Below are positions 26,121 through 34,748 of a stretch of DNA of 64,000 bases, in pieces. The stretch spans positions 1,902 through 65,901 of the forward strand of contig JAHFJR010000002.1 in NCBI GenBank assembly GCA_023245775.1. The letters run 5' to 3'. The stretch's first letter is position 1. Every line of letters begins with the position of its first letter. Position numbers and translations under genes: made by a program. Below the pieces are notes generated by a model. That model had not been told where the DNA came from. It ran no database searches and worked only from the letters and a program-made list of their open reading frames with translations. This stretch comes from Candidatus Peribacteria bacterium. Lineage in GTDB: Bacteria; Patescibacteriota; Gracilibacteria; Peribacterales; Peribacteraceae.

Positions 26121-27617
26121 TTACACCCCCACTGATTGTCGATACTGCAGCGCCTCCGCGATGTGTACGACGTCGATCCCTTCGCTGCCGGCCAAGTCTG
26201 CGATCGTGCGTGCGACTTTGATGGTGCGGTGGTAGGTGCGTGCCGAGAACTGCAGACGCTCGGCGGCTTGTCGAAGGAGCGTCTCGCTCTTCTTGTCGAG
26301 CGGGCAGAGAGATTCCAGATCCTTCACGCTCATCTCTTTATTCGTGGAAATACTGCGGCCCTTGAAACGTGCGATCTGACGTGCGCGTGCGCCTGCAACG
26401 CGGGAACGGATGACCGCACTCGTCTCTGCTGAAGGATTCTTCTTCCCCTGCAGATCCGCGATCTCGACTGGCTGCACATCGATCGTCAGGTCGATGCGGT
26501 CCAGCAGCGGTGCGGAGATTCTCCGCTTCATCGATGCCGCTGATGCGGCAGAAAACTTCGGTGGGTTCATCGCGGCCACAAGGATGAAATCAGAGGGAAA
26601 GGTGACGGTGCCCTGTGCTCGGTTGATCGTGATCCGCCGATCCTCCATCGGTTGCCTCAGCACCTCGAGGACCTGCGGTGGGAACTCCGCAAGTTCATCG
26701 AGAAACAGGACTCCTCTGTGTGCGAGCGAGATTTCTCCGGGAGAGGGATGTTGTCCGCCACCGACGATGGCGATGCCACTCGCGGTGTGGTGCACCGTGC
26801 GAAGCGGACGCTCTTCGATCAGTGGCGTGGAGCTAGGGAGGAGATTTGCAACCGAATAGATGCCGGTGACCTCGAGCGATTCATCTCGTGTCAGTGGAGG
26901 CAGGATGCCGCGCAGTGCATTCGCGAGGAGCGTTTTCCCAGAGCCCGGTGTCCCAGAGAGCAGCACGTTGTGGCCTCCAGAAGCGGCGATCTCCAGTGCG
27001 CGTTTCGCCTGCGCCTGTCCTCGAACATCGGAGAAGTCGACGATGGGAAACGTACTTGGTGCACAGGCGGGGGTACTGATCACGGGAGCCTGCATCTCGC
27101 CGCGAAGACAGGCGATGACATCCGTGAGCTTAGCGAGCGCGAGGATCTTCATGCCAGGGACGAGCGCCGCTTCACTTCCATTCATCTCCGGAACGACGAC
27201 TGTTTTGAGTCCCATCTCGCGTGCTGCGAGGACGCAACTCAGGACCCCCGTGACATGTCGCAGGGATCCGTCGAAGGCGAGTTCGCCGAGGAAGGCAGTC
27301 TCTTTCAGTGCGGTGGTCGGGAGCTCGATGATGTCATTGCTCGCAAGGACGCCAAGTGCGATAGCGAGGTCGAACCGTGAGCCTGTTTTGCGGATGTGTG
27401 CGGGAGCGAGGTTCACATTGGTCGTGCGCCCCATGGCGGTCCGGTATCCAGAGGATTTGATGGCCATGATGACGCGGTGCTTGCTCTCTTGAATCGCCGT
27501 ATCTCCGAGGCCTCCGATGAAGAAATGCGCTTCGGAGGAAGGAGTGACACCGATCTCCACTTGGACAGGGAGGGCCGTGAGTCCGAAGGTAGTGAATGAG
27601 GTGAGTTGTGTGAGCAT
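26121..27617 (-). CDS. comM: Mg-chelatase-like AAA+ protein, YifB/ComM family (498 aa)
   Basis: N-terminal Lon-like domain (MLTQLTSFTTFGL...), Walker A GTPGSGKT, ChlI-type C-terminus. Confidence 0.9.
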   Translation of the reverse strand: MLTQLTSFTTFGLTALPVQVEIGVTPSSEAHFFIGGLGDTAIQESKHRVIMAIKSSGYRTAMGRTTNVNLAPAHIRKTGSRFDLAIALGVLASNDIIELPTTALKETAFLGELAFDGSLRHVTGVLSCVLAAREMGLKTVVVPEMNGSEAALVPGMKILALAKLTDVIACLRGEMQAPVISTPACAPSTFPIVDFSDVRGQAQAKRALEIAASGGHNVLLSGTPGSGKTLLANALRGILPPLTRDESLEVTGIYSVANLLPSSTPLIEERPLRTVHHTASGIAIVGGGQHPSPGEISLAHRGVLFLDELAEFPPQVLEVLRQPMEDRRITINRAQGTVTFPSDFILVAAMNPPKFSAASAASMKRRISAPLLDRIDLTIDVQPVEIADLQGKKNPSAETSAVIRSRVAGARARQIARFKGRSISTNKEMSVKDLESLCPLDKKSETLLRQAAERLQFSARTYHRTIKVARTIADLAGSEGIDVVHIAEALQYRQSVGV

Positions 27618-27742
27618 GGGAGACCGCTGAGGAGGAGATAGAAAACGGTGAGGTAGCCCTATGGTGTACTTACGTACACCTTTCTGCAATACTGTGATGC
27701 AGACAGGAAGTAGAAGTATGTTCTTATCCTTTCCCCTCCACC

Positions 27743-28105
27743 ATGCTCACCACCAGAGAAACAGGAATCCTCGGCGAAGAAACGGCTGCACAGTCTCTCG
27801 AGAAGAGCGGCTACATTGTTCGTGAGCGCAACGTCCGGTTCGGAAAATTTGAGATTGATATCGTGGCCTTTGACCCTGTGCAGAAGATGATTGTCTTCGT
27901 CGAGGTGAAGACGAGGACGCAGTATTCGGATGCGTATCCGATTCACTCCGCGATGCATTACCGGAAACGTCGTTCGATGAGGAAGGCCATCGCACGCTGG
28001 GTCATGGAACATCAGTACGACGGCCCCGCTCGCACCGATGTGATTTCTGTGTCAAGCGGCAGAGTCGTGGAACATCTGAAAGATCTTGGATCGGAGTTCT
28101 ATTAA
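27743..28105 (+). CDS. yraN: YraN-family (UPF0102) endonuclease-like protein (120 aa)
   Basis: GILGEETAAQSLEKSGY...EIDIVAFD...VFVEVKTRT pattern. Confidence 0.8.
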   Translation: MLTTRETGILGEETAAQSLEKSGYIVRERNVRFGKFEIDIVAFDPVQKMIVFVEVKTRTQYSDAYPIHSAMHYRKRRSMRKAIARWVMEHQYDGPARTDVISVSSGRVVEHLKDLGSEFY

Positions 28106-28120
28106 TACATCAGTAGCACC

Positions 28121-28507
28121 CTAGTACTTTGACACTTCATGCTCGACTACTTGTGGCACAGCATCTCTCTCGAGGGTTTTCTCTTGCCTCCATTTCCTGA
28201 TTTCTTCCATGGGATTTCGGAAGACAGAGACGACCGCCAGCATTCCAGCAAGAGCCAAACCTGCAACGGTAGCAATCCTCCGTTGTTCAGTTGGAAGATC
28301 TAACTCTGATTTTCTAGATTCCAGAGGAGGCGTATGAGATTTTTCATCGTCCCAATCGAGAGGATGACCCAGACGGAAGACGTTCGGGGTAGGATGATTT
28401 TCATCGCTGGGGCCGTGGTCATAGCGCACGAATCTCCCAAAGTCAGTTGGCATAAAGATATATAGGAAAACATTAGTAATTATTGTCCATATTCGCCGTG
28501 GAGTCAA
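28121..28507 (-). CDS. hypothetical membrane protein (128 aa; start uncertain)
   Basis: ORF with a TM segment [16 protein letters not shown]. It has a TTG start; the alternative ATG gives MPTDF. Confidence 0.4.
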   Translation of the reverse strand: MTPRRIWTIITNVFLYIFMPTDFGRFVRYDHGPSDENHPTPNVFRLGHPLDWDDEKSHTPPLESRKSELDLPTEQRRIATVAGLALAGMLAVVSVFRNPMEEIRKWRQEKTLERDAVPQVVEHEVSKY

Positions 28508-28517
28508 GAGACGACTT

Positions 28518-30326
28518 TTGTGCTACAATAAGAGGATTTCCTCTCAACCAATACCTAGACACTCTCACCCTCGGCGACAGTTCGCGACTCTGAGCGGGGC
28601 GCTCGCCATCGCGATCGTTGTGCTCACCGTTCTCTTCGGTCGGTTGAGTCTTGCCGATGGCGTCTGTGGAGATGGCGCGATCGATAGTCCGGAACAGTGT
28701 GACGACGGCAATCTGAAGAATGGTGATGGATGCACGAGCATCTGTATGGTCGAGCAGTGCGGCAATGGTACGCTCGATACCAAAGAGCAGTGCGATGACG
28801 GAAGTACGACGGATGGCGACGGATGCAGTCACTCGTGCCTGATCGAATTCTGTGGAGATGGCGGGGTGGATGCTGGCCGTGGAGAGACGTGTGATGATGG
28901 CAACGGAGTCAGTGGTGACGGTTGCGATGCTTCGTGCAGAACAGAGGGATCTGATGTTCATGCGAAGCAGAAGGAACTCGACCTCGTCATCGAGGCGCCT
29001 CTCCCAGAGGTGCTCCACCAGAGTGCTGGTGAGCAGACGGTAGTGGTGACATCAGATGCATCGCAGACTGCGGTTGCGGCGGAGAGCATTGCCCCCACGC
29101 CGACGACTCCCCTGCAGGCCACTCAGGCCAAGAAATTTCTTGCGAGTCCGGAGAGTGACGAGCTCAGGTCGCACCTCACTGCGGAGCAAGATAGTCAGCT
29201 TGGGCAGATCCTCTCGGCTCTCAGTAGTGGCGAACCACTGACTCCCCAGGAGCGCGTGTGGGCGGGGGAGCTCCGTGATGCCATTGCAGAGGCGCAGGCA
29301 GCCGAACGTGAACGGTACACGAATCTCCTCCGAGCATTCATCACGCCCATCAGTGCGCAGGTGATGGATGAGAAACACCTCGATGCCTCTCGTCTCGTCG
29401 ACGTTGCTCTCCCTCTGGCGGTCACCGAACTCCAGCAGGCAGTCGAGGTCATTCAGCGCGGAGAGCTGAAACAGCAGGTGCTCTCCGACAGCGCAAAACT
29501 CAAGCGTCTCGGCATCGACATCGAGAGTGCAGTCCCCAGAGACACACTCGAAAAACTCGATAGCCATCACTCGATCGCTGTCTTCGAAGCCATCAAGGAT
29601 CTGAAGGAGGCGGCCGAAGAGCATGCGACCACCAACCTTCCTGCCTCCCTAGGCAGTATCCAGAGTGAAGCGGAGACACTCCGACAGGCACTGCCCATCC
29701 TCGAGCGTGAGTACGGACTCCGTCACGATGAAGCCGATAAACTCCTTGCGGATATTACGAGCATTGCAACGCAGACGAATGCGCAGAGTACGGATCGGCT
29801 CGTCAATAGCGTTCACCGTTTTCTTGGCTTCCTCGAACGCAAGAATGTGTTGACGAGCGCCGATCTCGCGTCGGGTGCAGAGACGCTCCATCCTGCGGCA
29901 GACGTCACGCGCATTGCGGCGGAAGCGGGTGATGATCCTCCGACGGTCGACATCCGCTCGTTCGTTGACGGCATGGCTGCCAAGGCACCCGATGCCTACA
30001 AGGCAGCCTTCGTCAGTGGCACGCTTGCGGAGCAACGGAGTGCTCTCCTCCAATTGCTTACGGAGAATGATCGCGTCTCTGCTCTTCTCGAAGAGCTGAA
30101 CAATGCCGGTCGCACGGAGATCGATGCGCGTTTTGCAGCCCTCAAGAAAGATATTGCGAATGCGGGAGAAGGAACAGACACAGACTCTCTGTGCGATGAC
30201 TCCATCCAACGTGCCCTCGAGTGCACAACTCAGTTCCTGAAGGATCTCGAGGAGGCTGGACGTTCGAAGAATGCACTCTCCCAGATCATCGGTTCTCTCC
30301 AAGATTATTTCGGCATCGGCCAATGA
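28518..30326 (+). CDS. membrane-anchored protein with Myxococcus-type cysteine-rich repeats (CxxGDG...EQCDDGN) and a long helical C-terminal region (602 aa)
   Basis: Four repeats: [23 protein letters not shown] / [23 protein letters not shown] / [26 protein letters not shown]-terminal TM segment. The TTG start is uncertain. Confidence 0.7.
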   Translation: MCYNKRISSQPIPRHSHPRRQFATLSGALAIAIVVLTVLFGRLSLADGVCGDGAIDSPEQCDDGNLKNGDGCTSICMVEQCGNGTLDTKEQCDDGSTTDGDGCSHSCLIEFCGDGGVDAGRGETCDDGNGVSGDGCDASCRTEGSDVHAKQKELDLVIEAPLPEVLHQSAGEQTVVVTSDASQTAVAAESIAPTPTTPLQATQAKKFLASPESDELRSHLTAEQDSQLGQILSALSSGEPLTPQERVWAGELRDAIAEAQAAERERYTNLLRAFITPISAQVMDEKHLDASRLVDVALPLAVTELQQAVEVIQRGELKQQVLSDSAKLKRLGIDIESAVPRDTLEKLDSHHSIAVFEAIKDLKEAAEEHATTNLPASLGSIQSEAETLRQALPILEREYGLRHDEADKLLADITSIATQTNAQSTDRLVNSVHRFLGFLERKNVLTSADLASGAETLHPAADVTRIAAEAGDDPPTVDIRSFVDGMAAKAPDAYKAAFVSGTLAEQRSALLQLLTENDRVSALLEELNNAGRTEIDARFAALKKDIANAGEGTDTDSLCDDSIQRALECTTQFLKDLEEAGRSKNALSQIIGSLQDYFGIGQ

Positions 30327-31429
30327 GCGATTTCCTCCCGCCAACCACCGGCGTCGAAACGAGTATGGCTCCCGCCTTGCCCGCGGTCATGCCTGCACTC
30401 GCGCCGGAGCGCAAAGGGATCGATCTCGCGGTCATCAAGAAGGGCGCGAAGGACTTCCTCGACTTCATGGACAGTTCGAAAGAGGTCTTCTACGGCTACC
30501 TCTACCATCGTACGGGGTCTGAGGCATTGGCTCGCACTCTCATGACCGAGATCTACATGGTGCTCCTCAGTCGCGCACTGTCCTTCTGGTGGTTTGGGAC
30601 ACTCAGCCTTTCGCTCCTTCTGGAGCATGCCGATAAGGCTCTCTCGCAGCAGTCGCTCGGAGAGGCGGATCTCGATCGTGTGTATCTTCCCACACTTGTG
30701 TGGCTCTCGGAGGCGGAACGCGCATCAGTCGGGACGCTCCATGATGCACTCTGGACACTTCCAGCTCCGGCACAACACCTGCTCATCCTCTCCCTCTTCG
30801 TTGGTCTCTCGGACGCGCGAATCGCAGAGCTTCTGACACTGAAACCTGAGGACGTGACGGCTCAATTGCTGACAGCCAGAGAACTCCTCATGGCGCGTTG
30901 GCAACCGATCCCCGAGATGGCTGGAAAGTTGCAGTCACTCGTCTTCGTTCCCTCGCTCGATCTCGCGAGTGAGTCGACGTTGCGTTTTGCCATCGTCGAG
31001 AAGTACAACGCGCTCCGCTTCCGCAGGTATCAGTGGGTGATCATCGGTGGGCTCTTTGCGGTCATGAGCAATGTGATCGTCGCGGGGGTCCTTGCCTTCG
31101 CGGTCATCACGCAGCCGCCGACGTCACTGCGTGGTGCGAGTGCGCAGGTGGCATCGCTCGATGCGGTGCTCCTCAAGCGTCAGATGGAACTCGCAGATGC
31201 CAAGAAGGCGATGGGCGCCGTGTTCCAAGAGACTCAGCGTGTCGCTGCGTACGGTGCCGCGCGCGATCTGACGGCGCTCGGTCTTGGCTCTGCTCTGGAG
31301 TCCCTGCAACAGCAGCAGCATCACGACGTGGATGCCAATCGTCTGATGAAGTTGATGGAGAGGGCGAGGACAGCGATGGTACGAGAGATTGCCTTCTTGG
31401 TGCGGGAGTACATTCTGCATCTGCTCTGA
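30323..31429 (+). CDS. ECF-like sigma factor fused to a TM segment and a C-terminal extracytoplasmic domain (368 aa)
   Basis: ATGA overlap with the upstream gene. Region-2-like [26 protein letters not shown]. Region-4-like [46 protein letters not shown] segment [25 protein letters not shown]. Confidence 0.6.
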   Translation: MSDFLPPTTGVETSMAPALPAVMPALAPERKGIDLAVIKKGAKDFLDFMDSSKEVFYGYLYHRTGSEALARTLMTEIYMVLLSRALSFWWFGTLSLSLLLEHADKALSQQSLGEADLDRVYLPTLVWLSEAERASVGTLHDALWTLPAPAQHLLILSLFVGLSDARIAELLTLKPEDVTAQLLTARELLMARWQPIPEMAGKLQSLVFVPSLDLASESTLRFAIVEKYNALRFRRYQWVIIGGLFAVMSNVIVAGVLAFAVITQPPTSLRGASAQVASLDAVLLKRQMELADAKKAMGAVFQETQRVAAYGAARDLTALGLGSALESLQQQQHHDVDANRLMKLMERARTAMVREIAFLVREYILHLL

Positions 31430-31430
31430 T

Positions 31431-32129
31431 CTAGCGCTCGATCACGAGTGCTGTCTTCGCGCCCTGTTCGATGTTCTCCTTCACACCTGTCCAATCGTGC
31501 ATGGCTCGCATCAGAACATCTGTCGCATAGAAATATTTTTCTCCCCTCTTGGTGCCTGTGTCATTCGTGATGAATCCGTCCTGTGTGTATCCCGTGACGA
31601 CGAGCATGTGGTACCAGGGACCTGCTCCACTGTAGTAGGGATTGTGGAGGAGCCGACCTGCTGCCGGAACGATCACCGGAGTACCTTTTGAGAGTTCGTC
31701 TTGCAGGAGTGGAGCAGTGGGGTCACTCAAGAGTCGCCAGTGATAGCCGTAGAACTTCGATGCGATCTCCCCGAGTTGCAGTGCCGTCACATCATCACCG
31801 TATCCGTGCTCGTGCTCCCAAGCGATCATCTCCTGCACTTCCTGCTCCGCCTGCTCGGGACTCAGAGGCGTCTGCTCAAGGTAGTGATGTACCAGAATGA
31901 GTGACATCTCTTCGCAGGCTTCCTCGTGGAGCGAATCCCAGTTGGCGAAGGGTGCCTGTGGGGAGAAAGGCACCGTGATCAGAACGCTTGGAGCCCTGAT
32001 ACTTGAGGAAAACGCATGCATCGGCGGATGCTCGATGACGACAGATGGGGGATCGAATACGGGTTTCTGCGTGCAGCCGACAAGGAGCAAGAAAGTGACG
32101 ACAGAGGAGGGAAGGTGGAGACGTACCAT
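31431..32129 (-). CDS. peptidase C39-like domain lipoprotein (232 aa)
   Basis: Lipobox LLLVGC. PFSPQAPFANWDSLHEEACEEMS and WYHMLVVTGY...ITNDTGT resemble the C39-like (YvpB-type) family. Confidence 0.55.
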   Translation of the reverse strand: MVRLHLPSSVVTFLLLVGCTQKPVFDPPSVVIEHPPMHAFSSSIRAPSVLITVPFSPQAPFANWDSLHEEACEEMSLILVHHYLEQTPLSPEQAEQEVQEMIAWEHEHGYGDDVTALQLGEIASKFYGYHWRLLSDPTAPLLQDELSKGTPVIVPAAGRLLHNPYYSGAGPWYHMLVVTGYTQDGFITNDTGTKRGEKYFYATDVLMRAMHDWTGVKENIEQGAKTALVIER

Positions 32130-32162
32130 GGGCGGCGAGTCTATCAGAGACATGGAGAATGG

Positions 32163-33068
32163 ATGGAGATGACCTACACTTCCACCATGGGCTCTCCTTC
32201 CTCTTTTTCCTACGAATCCATGGGGACATCGTGGAAGATCACGATCTGGGATGTCTTGGAAGACGGAGAGTTGGCAGAGCTGCAAGGAGAGATCACGTTC
32301 CAGAGCGCAGCATTCTCTTCGCTCTACTCGCGGTTCGATTCCTCCTCTCTCGTCTGGTCGCTTTCGAGGAAGCGCGGAGTGGTTGATGTTCCAGAAGATC
32401 TCATCACAATGCTTCGGATCTATGAGCGTCTCGAGCCCTTCTCTCAGGGAAAATTCACGCCATGCATCGGCTTCACGCTCTCGGATCTCGGGTACGACAG
32501 CGAGTACTCACTCAAGGAGAAAGAGCACATTCGCCCTGTTCCGAAATTTTCAGAAACACTCAACATCATCGATGACACACATCTCGAACTCTGTGATGCC
32601 GTCCTCCTCGATCTCGGTGCGGTCGGCAAAGGATTCTTCGTCGATAAGATTGCGGCATTCCTCAGGAGTCGCGGATACAAACGTTTCCTCGTCGATGGAA
32701 GCGGAGATACCCTCTATGAGGGCGATGGTCAGCCGATCCGTTGCGGTCTCGAAGATCCTTCGGATGCCGCGAAAGCGATCGGCGTCCTCACGATGACAGG
32801 AGGCGCGTTCTGCTCATCGGGAAACAATCGTCGTCGGTGGAGTGGCCACCATCACATTCTCGATCCGCACTCGCTTCGTTCACCTGAGCACATCGTTGCG
32901 ACCTGGGTGCAGGCTCCGACGGCGGCGATGGCCGATGCACTCGCGACGTGTATTTTCCTTGCAGAGCCTGAGAATTTTTCATCGACTCCATTCGAGTACT
33001 GCATCCTGAACCAGGAGTACAAGGTCAAGAAGTCGGCGGGGTTTTCTGCAGAGCTGTTTCGTGGTTAG
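32163..33068 (+). CDS. apbE: FAD:protein FMN transferase, ApbE family (301 aa)
   Basis: MGTSWKITIWD, DLGAVGKGFFVDKIA and FCSSGNNRR...HHILDP motifs. No signal peptide is evident. Confidence 0.8.
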   Translation: MEMTYTSTMGSPSSFSYESMGTSWKITIWDVLEDGELAELQGEITFQSAAFSSLYSRFDSSSLVWSLSRKRGVVDVPEDLITMLRIYERLEPFSQGKFTPCIGFTLSDLGYDSEYSLKEKEHIRPVPKFSETLNIIDDTHLELCDAVLLDLGAVGKGFFVDKIAAFLRSRGYKRFLVDGSGDTLYEGDGQPIRCGLEDPSDAAKAIGVLTMTGGAFCSSGNNRRRWSGHHHILDPHSLRSPEHIVATWVQAPTAAMADALATCIFLAEPENFSSTPFEYCILNQEYKVKKSAGFSAELFRG

Positions 33069-33302
33069 TGATTAGGGAACCTCTGAACAATGCCTTCTGC
33101 TTCGTCATCTGCGCCACTCTTTCCTTGTTCGGGAGCGCCATACCTGCCTGCCTTCCGACAGGCTTGGCGCGGGAAGCATCCCGCTCCCAATCAAATTTTG
33201 GCTTGCTTCCTCGCATAAGAAAATATTGTACATTCTATTGTAAGAATAATTTCATAACAGCAGCGCCCCTCCGCGGGCGCGGCGAACGTTGGACCGTCGC
33301 AG

Positions 33303-33911
33303 TTACGACGCGCTTGCCTCCGCCTGAATCTTCTTCACTGCGTCCATGAACCCCATCGGTGTGAGCGAGCTGCCATTCACGACATCGAGTGACAGTGCAT
33401 CGATCGATTTCCCGATGACGAGTTGCTTGTAGCCCTCACCGAAGGCCTCTTGCATGCTCTTACTCTTCGGTTGGGTTGCTGTGCCTTCGTATGTTGCAGT
33501 AGCAATGATGCCGCTTTTCAGCGTCAGAGAGACATGGATCTCTTCGCCTCCTGCGGGAGAACGATAGATGCCTGCAGCCGAGAAGGTTCCGTCGGCGTAC
33601 TTCTGTTGTTGGAGAGGAGCTAGGTCCGCCTCGGGCCTCATCGCAGCCGCGCTGCTCGGTTGCATCATCGCCGCTGCACTCGATCGTGTTCTCGCGGCCT
33701 TGCTTGTTTGCATCATGGCTGCACTCGATGCCGGTGGCAGAACCGCAGCCTCACTGCTCTCCATCGCTTCGCTTGTCGGCACATCACTCAGTGTTGTATC
33801 GATGCTGGTCGTCTGGTCAACCGTTGTCGGAGGAGGACTGTCCGTGCTGTCTCCTGCGCAACCTGCAAGGAGTGTCGAGAGAATGACAGCACCTGTGAGA
33901 GACTCTTTCAT
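33303..33911 (-). CDS. FMN-binding-domain lipoprotein (202 aa)
   Basis: Lipobox LLAGCAG. S/A/M-rich linker. C-terminal FMN_bind-like region YADGTFSAAGIYRSPAGGEEIHVSLTLKSGII...DVVNGSSLT. Confidence 0.65.
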   Translation of the reverse strand: MKESLTGAVILSTLLAGCAGDSTDSPPPTTVDQTTSIDTTLSDVPTSEAMESSEAAVLPPASSAAMMQTSKAARTRSSAAAMMQPSSAAAMRPEADLAPLQQQKYADGTFSAAGIYRSPAGGEEIHVSLTLKSGIIATATYEGTATQPKSKSMQEAFGEGYKQLVIGKSIDALSLDVVNGSSLTPMGFMDAVKKIQAEASAS

Positions 33912-34224
33912 CTTCAGATTGATCTCCCGATTGGCCTTGTACGAGAGCGGAGCGAAGAACGGCTGCGGTTGCGTCATGAGACAGGGGGAAAATCGGAGGG
34001 ATGGTACGTGAAAATATACTTCAGCGTATAGTGTGGTTCGTACACCAAACAATCATTCTGCGGTTTCTGGCTGCGATTGACAATACAGAATGATAAAAGG
34101 ACAATGAAGATGTTGCAGATTGCTGCAGCTCGTACAGGTTGTTTGTGACATCGTTTTTGATTTGGAGCCTATCAGCCTAGGCTGATGGTTAGATCCCTCA
34201 CATCATCGTCAAAACTATAATCGT

Positions 34225-34301
34225 GGAGCCATAGCTCAGCTGGTTAGAGCGCTTCCCTGTCACGGAAGAGGTCGCGGGTTCGAATCCCGTTGGCTCCGCC
34301 A
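34225..34301 (+). tRNA. tRNA-Asp (anticodon GTC), CCA encoded
   Basis: Manual cloverleaf. GGAGCCA/TGGCTCC acceptor, GCTC..GAGC D-stem, CTTCC-CTGTCAC-GGAAG anticodon arm, GCGGG-TTCGAAT-CCCGT T-arm. Confidence 0.9.
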
Positions 34302-34311
34302 CGTCGTTCGC

Positions 34312-34393
34312 GAACGACGTGGCTCCGCCACCAACTACTCGAACGACGTGGCTCCGCCACCAACTACTCGAACGACGTGGCTCCGCCACCAAC
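34312..34393 (+). repeat. 2.8 tandem copies of a 29-bp unit carrying a copy of the tRNA-Asp 3' end
   Basis: Unit gaacgacgtggctccgccaccaactactc at 34312-34340 and 34341-34369, partial from 34370. gtggctccgcca compares with the tRNA 3' end ttggctccgcca. Confidence 0.9.
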
Positions 34394-34398
34394 CACGC

Positions 34399-34404
34399 TA
34401 CAAT
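34399..34404 (+). promoter_or_regulatory. -10 hexamer TACAAT, 6 nt upstream of ATG 34411
   Basis: Fits the TAnnnT-N6-ATG pattern. Confidence 0.4.
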
Positions 34405-34410
34405 GATTCC

Positions 34411-34668
34411 ATGTGGTACTTTTATGTGCTTCAAAGCATTAAACAGTCGGATTATTTTTACAAAGGATCAACCAATGATCTTCGAAGAAGATTCAGCCAA
34501 CACAACACTGGCGCAGTGACTTCGACCAAGCCATATCACCCTATGCGATTGGTGTATTACGAGGCATATGTCTCCGAGCATGGTGCGAGAATAAGAGAAG
34601 CTTCAGTGAAGAAAAGTGGCAGTGTGCTTGTATCATTGCTCAAGCGTATTCGAGAAAGTCTTGAGTAG
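34411..34668 (+). CDS. small GIY-YIG nuclease superfamily protein (85 aa)
   Basis: WYFYVLQSIKQSDYFYKGSTNDLRRRFSQHN...REASVKKSGS is a GIY-YIG pattern. The longer ORF-track version starts inside the tandem repeat. Confidence 0.75.
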   Translation: MWYFYVLQSIKQSDYFYKGSTNDLRRRFSQHNTGAVTSTKPYHPMRLVYYEAYVSEHGARIREASVKKSGSVLVSLLKRIRESLE

Positions 34669-34670
34669 CT

Positions 34671-34720
34671 CGCGGGGGTTGGCTCCGCCACGTCGCTCGC
34701 GAGCGACGTTGCTCCGCCAC
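34671..34720 (+). repeat. second copy of the tRNA-Asp 3' end plus a 20-nt palindrome, downstream of the GIY-YIG gene
   Basis: cgcgggggttggctccgcca + acgtcgctcgcgagcgacgt + tgctccgccac. Compare the tRNA 3' end + acgtcgttcgcgaacgacgt at 34291-34320. Confidence 0.85.
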
Positions 34721-34748
34721 ATCAAAAAATATTTCCTTTCTACGATTC

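Noticed and set aside
26652-27492. 242-aa and 210-aa plus-strand ORFs
   Set aside because: They are antisense to the comM/yifB gene, whose AAA+ motifs are clear.
28521-28529. Extended -10 TGcTACAAT just inside the 28518 ORF, suggesting a downstream start
   Set aside because: No ATG, GTG or TTG lies 6-7 nt downstream in frame; only ATT at 28536 does. Later in-frame starts would truncate the TM anchor. I left this as an unresolved start-site uncertainty rather than a feature.
33620-33760. Imperfect DNA repeats (ttgcatcat.gc.gc.gcactcgat) in the FMN-binding lipoprotein gene
   Set aside because: They reflect a low-complexity S/A/M-rich linker (SSAAMMQ... repeated) and are not a distinct element.
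34216-34221. TATAAT 3 nt upstream of tRNA-Asp as evidence for a leaderless tRNA transcript
   Set aside because: The hexamer is too close: the expected start would fall inside the tRNA. No -35 element is present at the proper spacing. This is probably coincidental in an AT-rich spacer.
34312-34393. Possible CRISPR array (regular 29-bp repeats)
   Set aside because: The units are directly contiguous with no spacers, there are only 2.8 copies, and each unit is a copy of the adjacent tRNA-Asp 3' end. No cas genes are present in the window.
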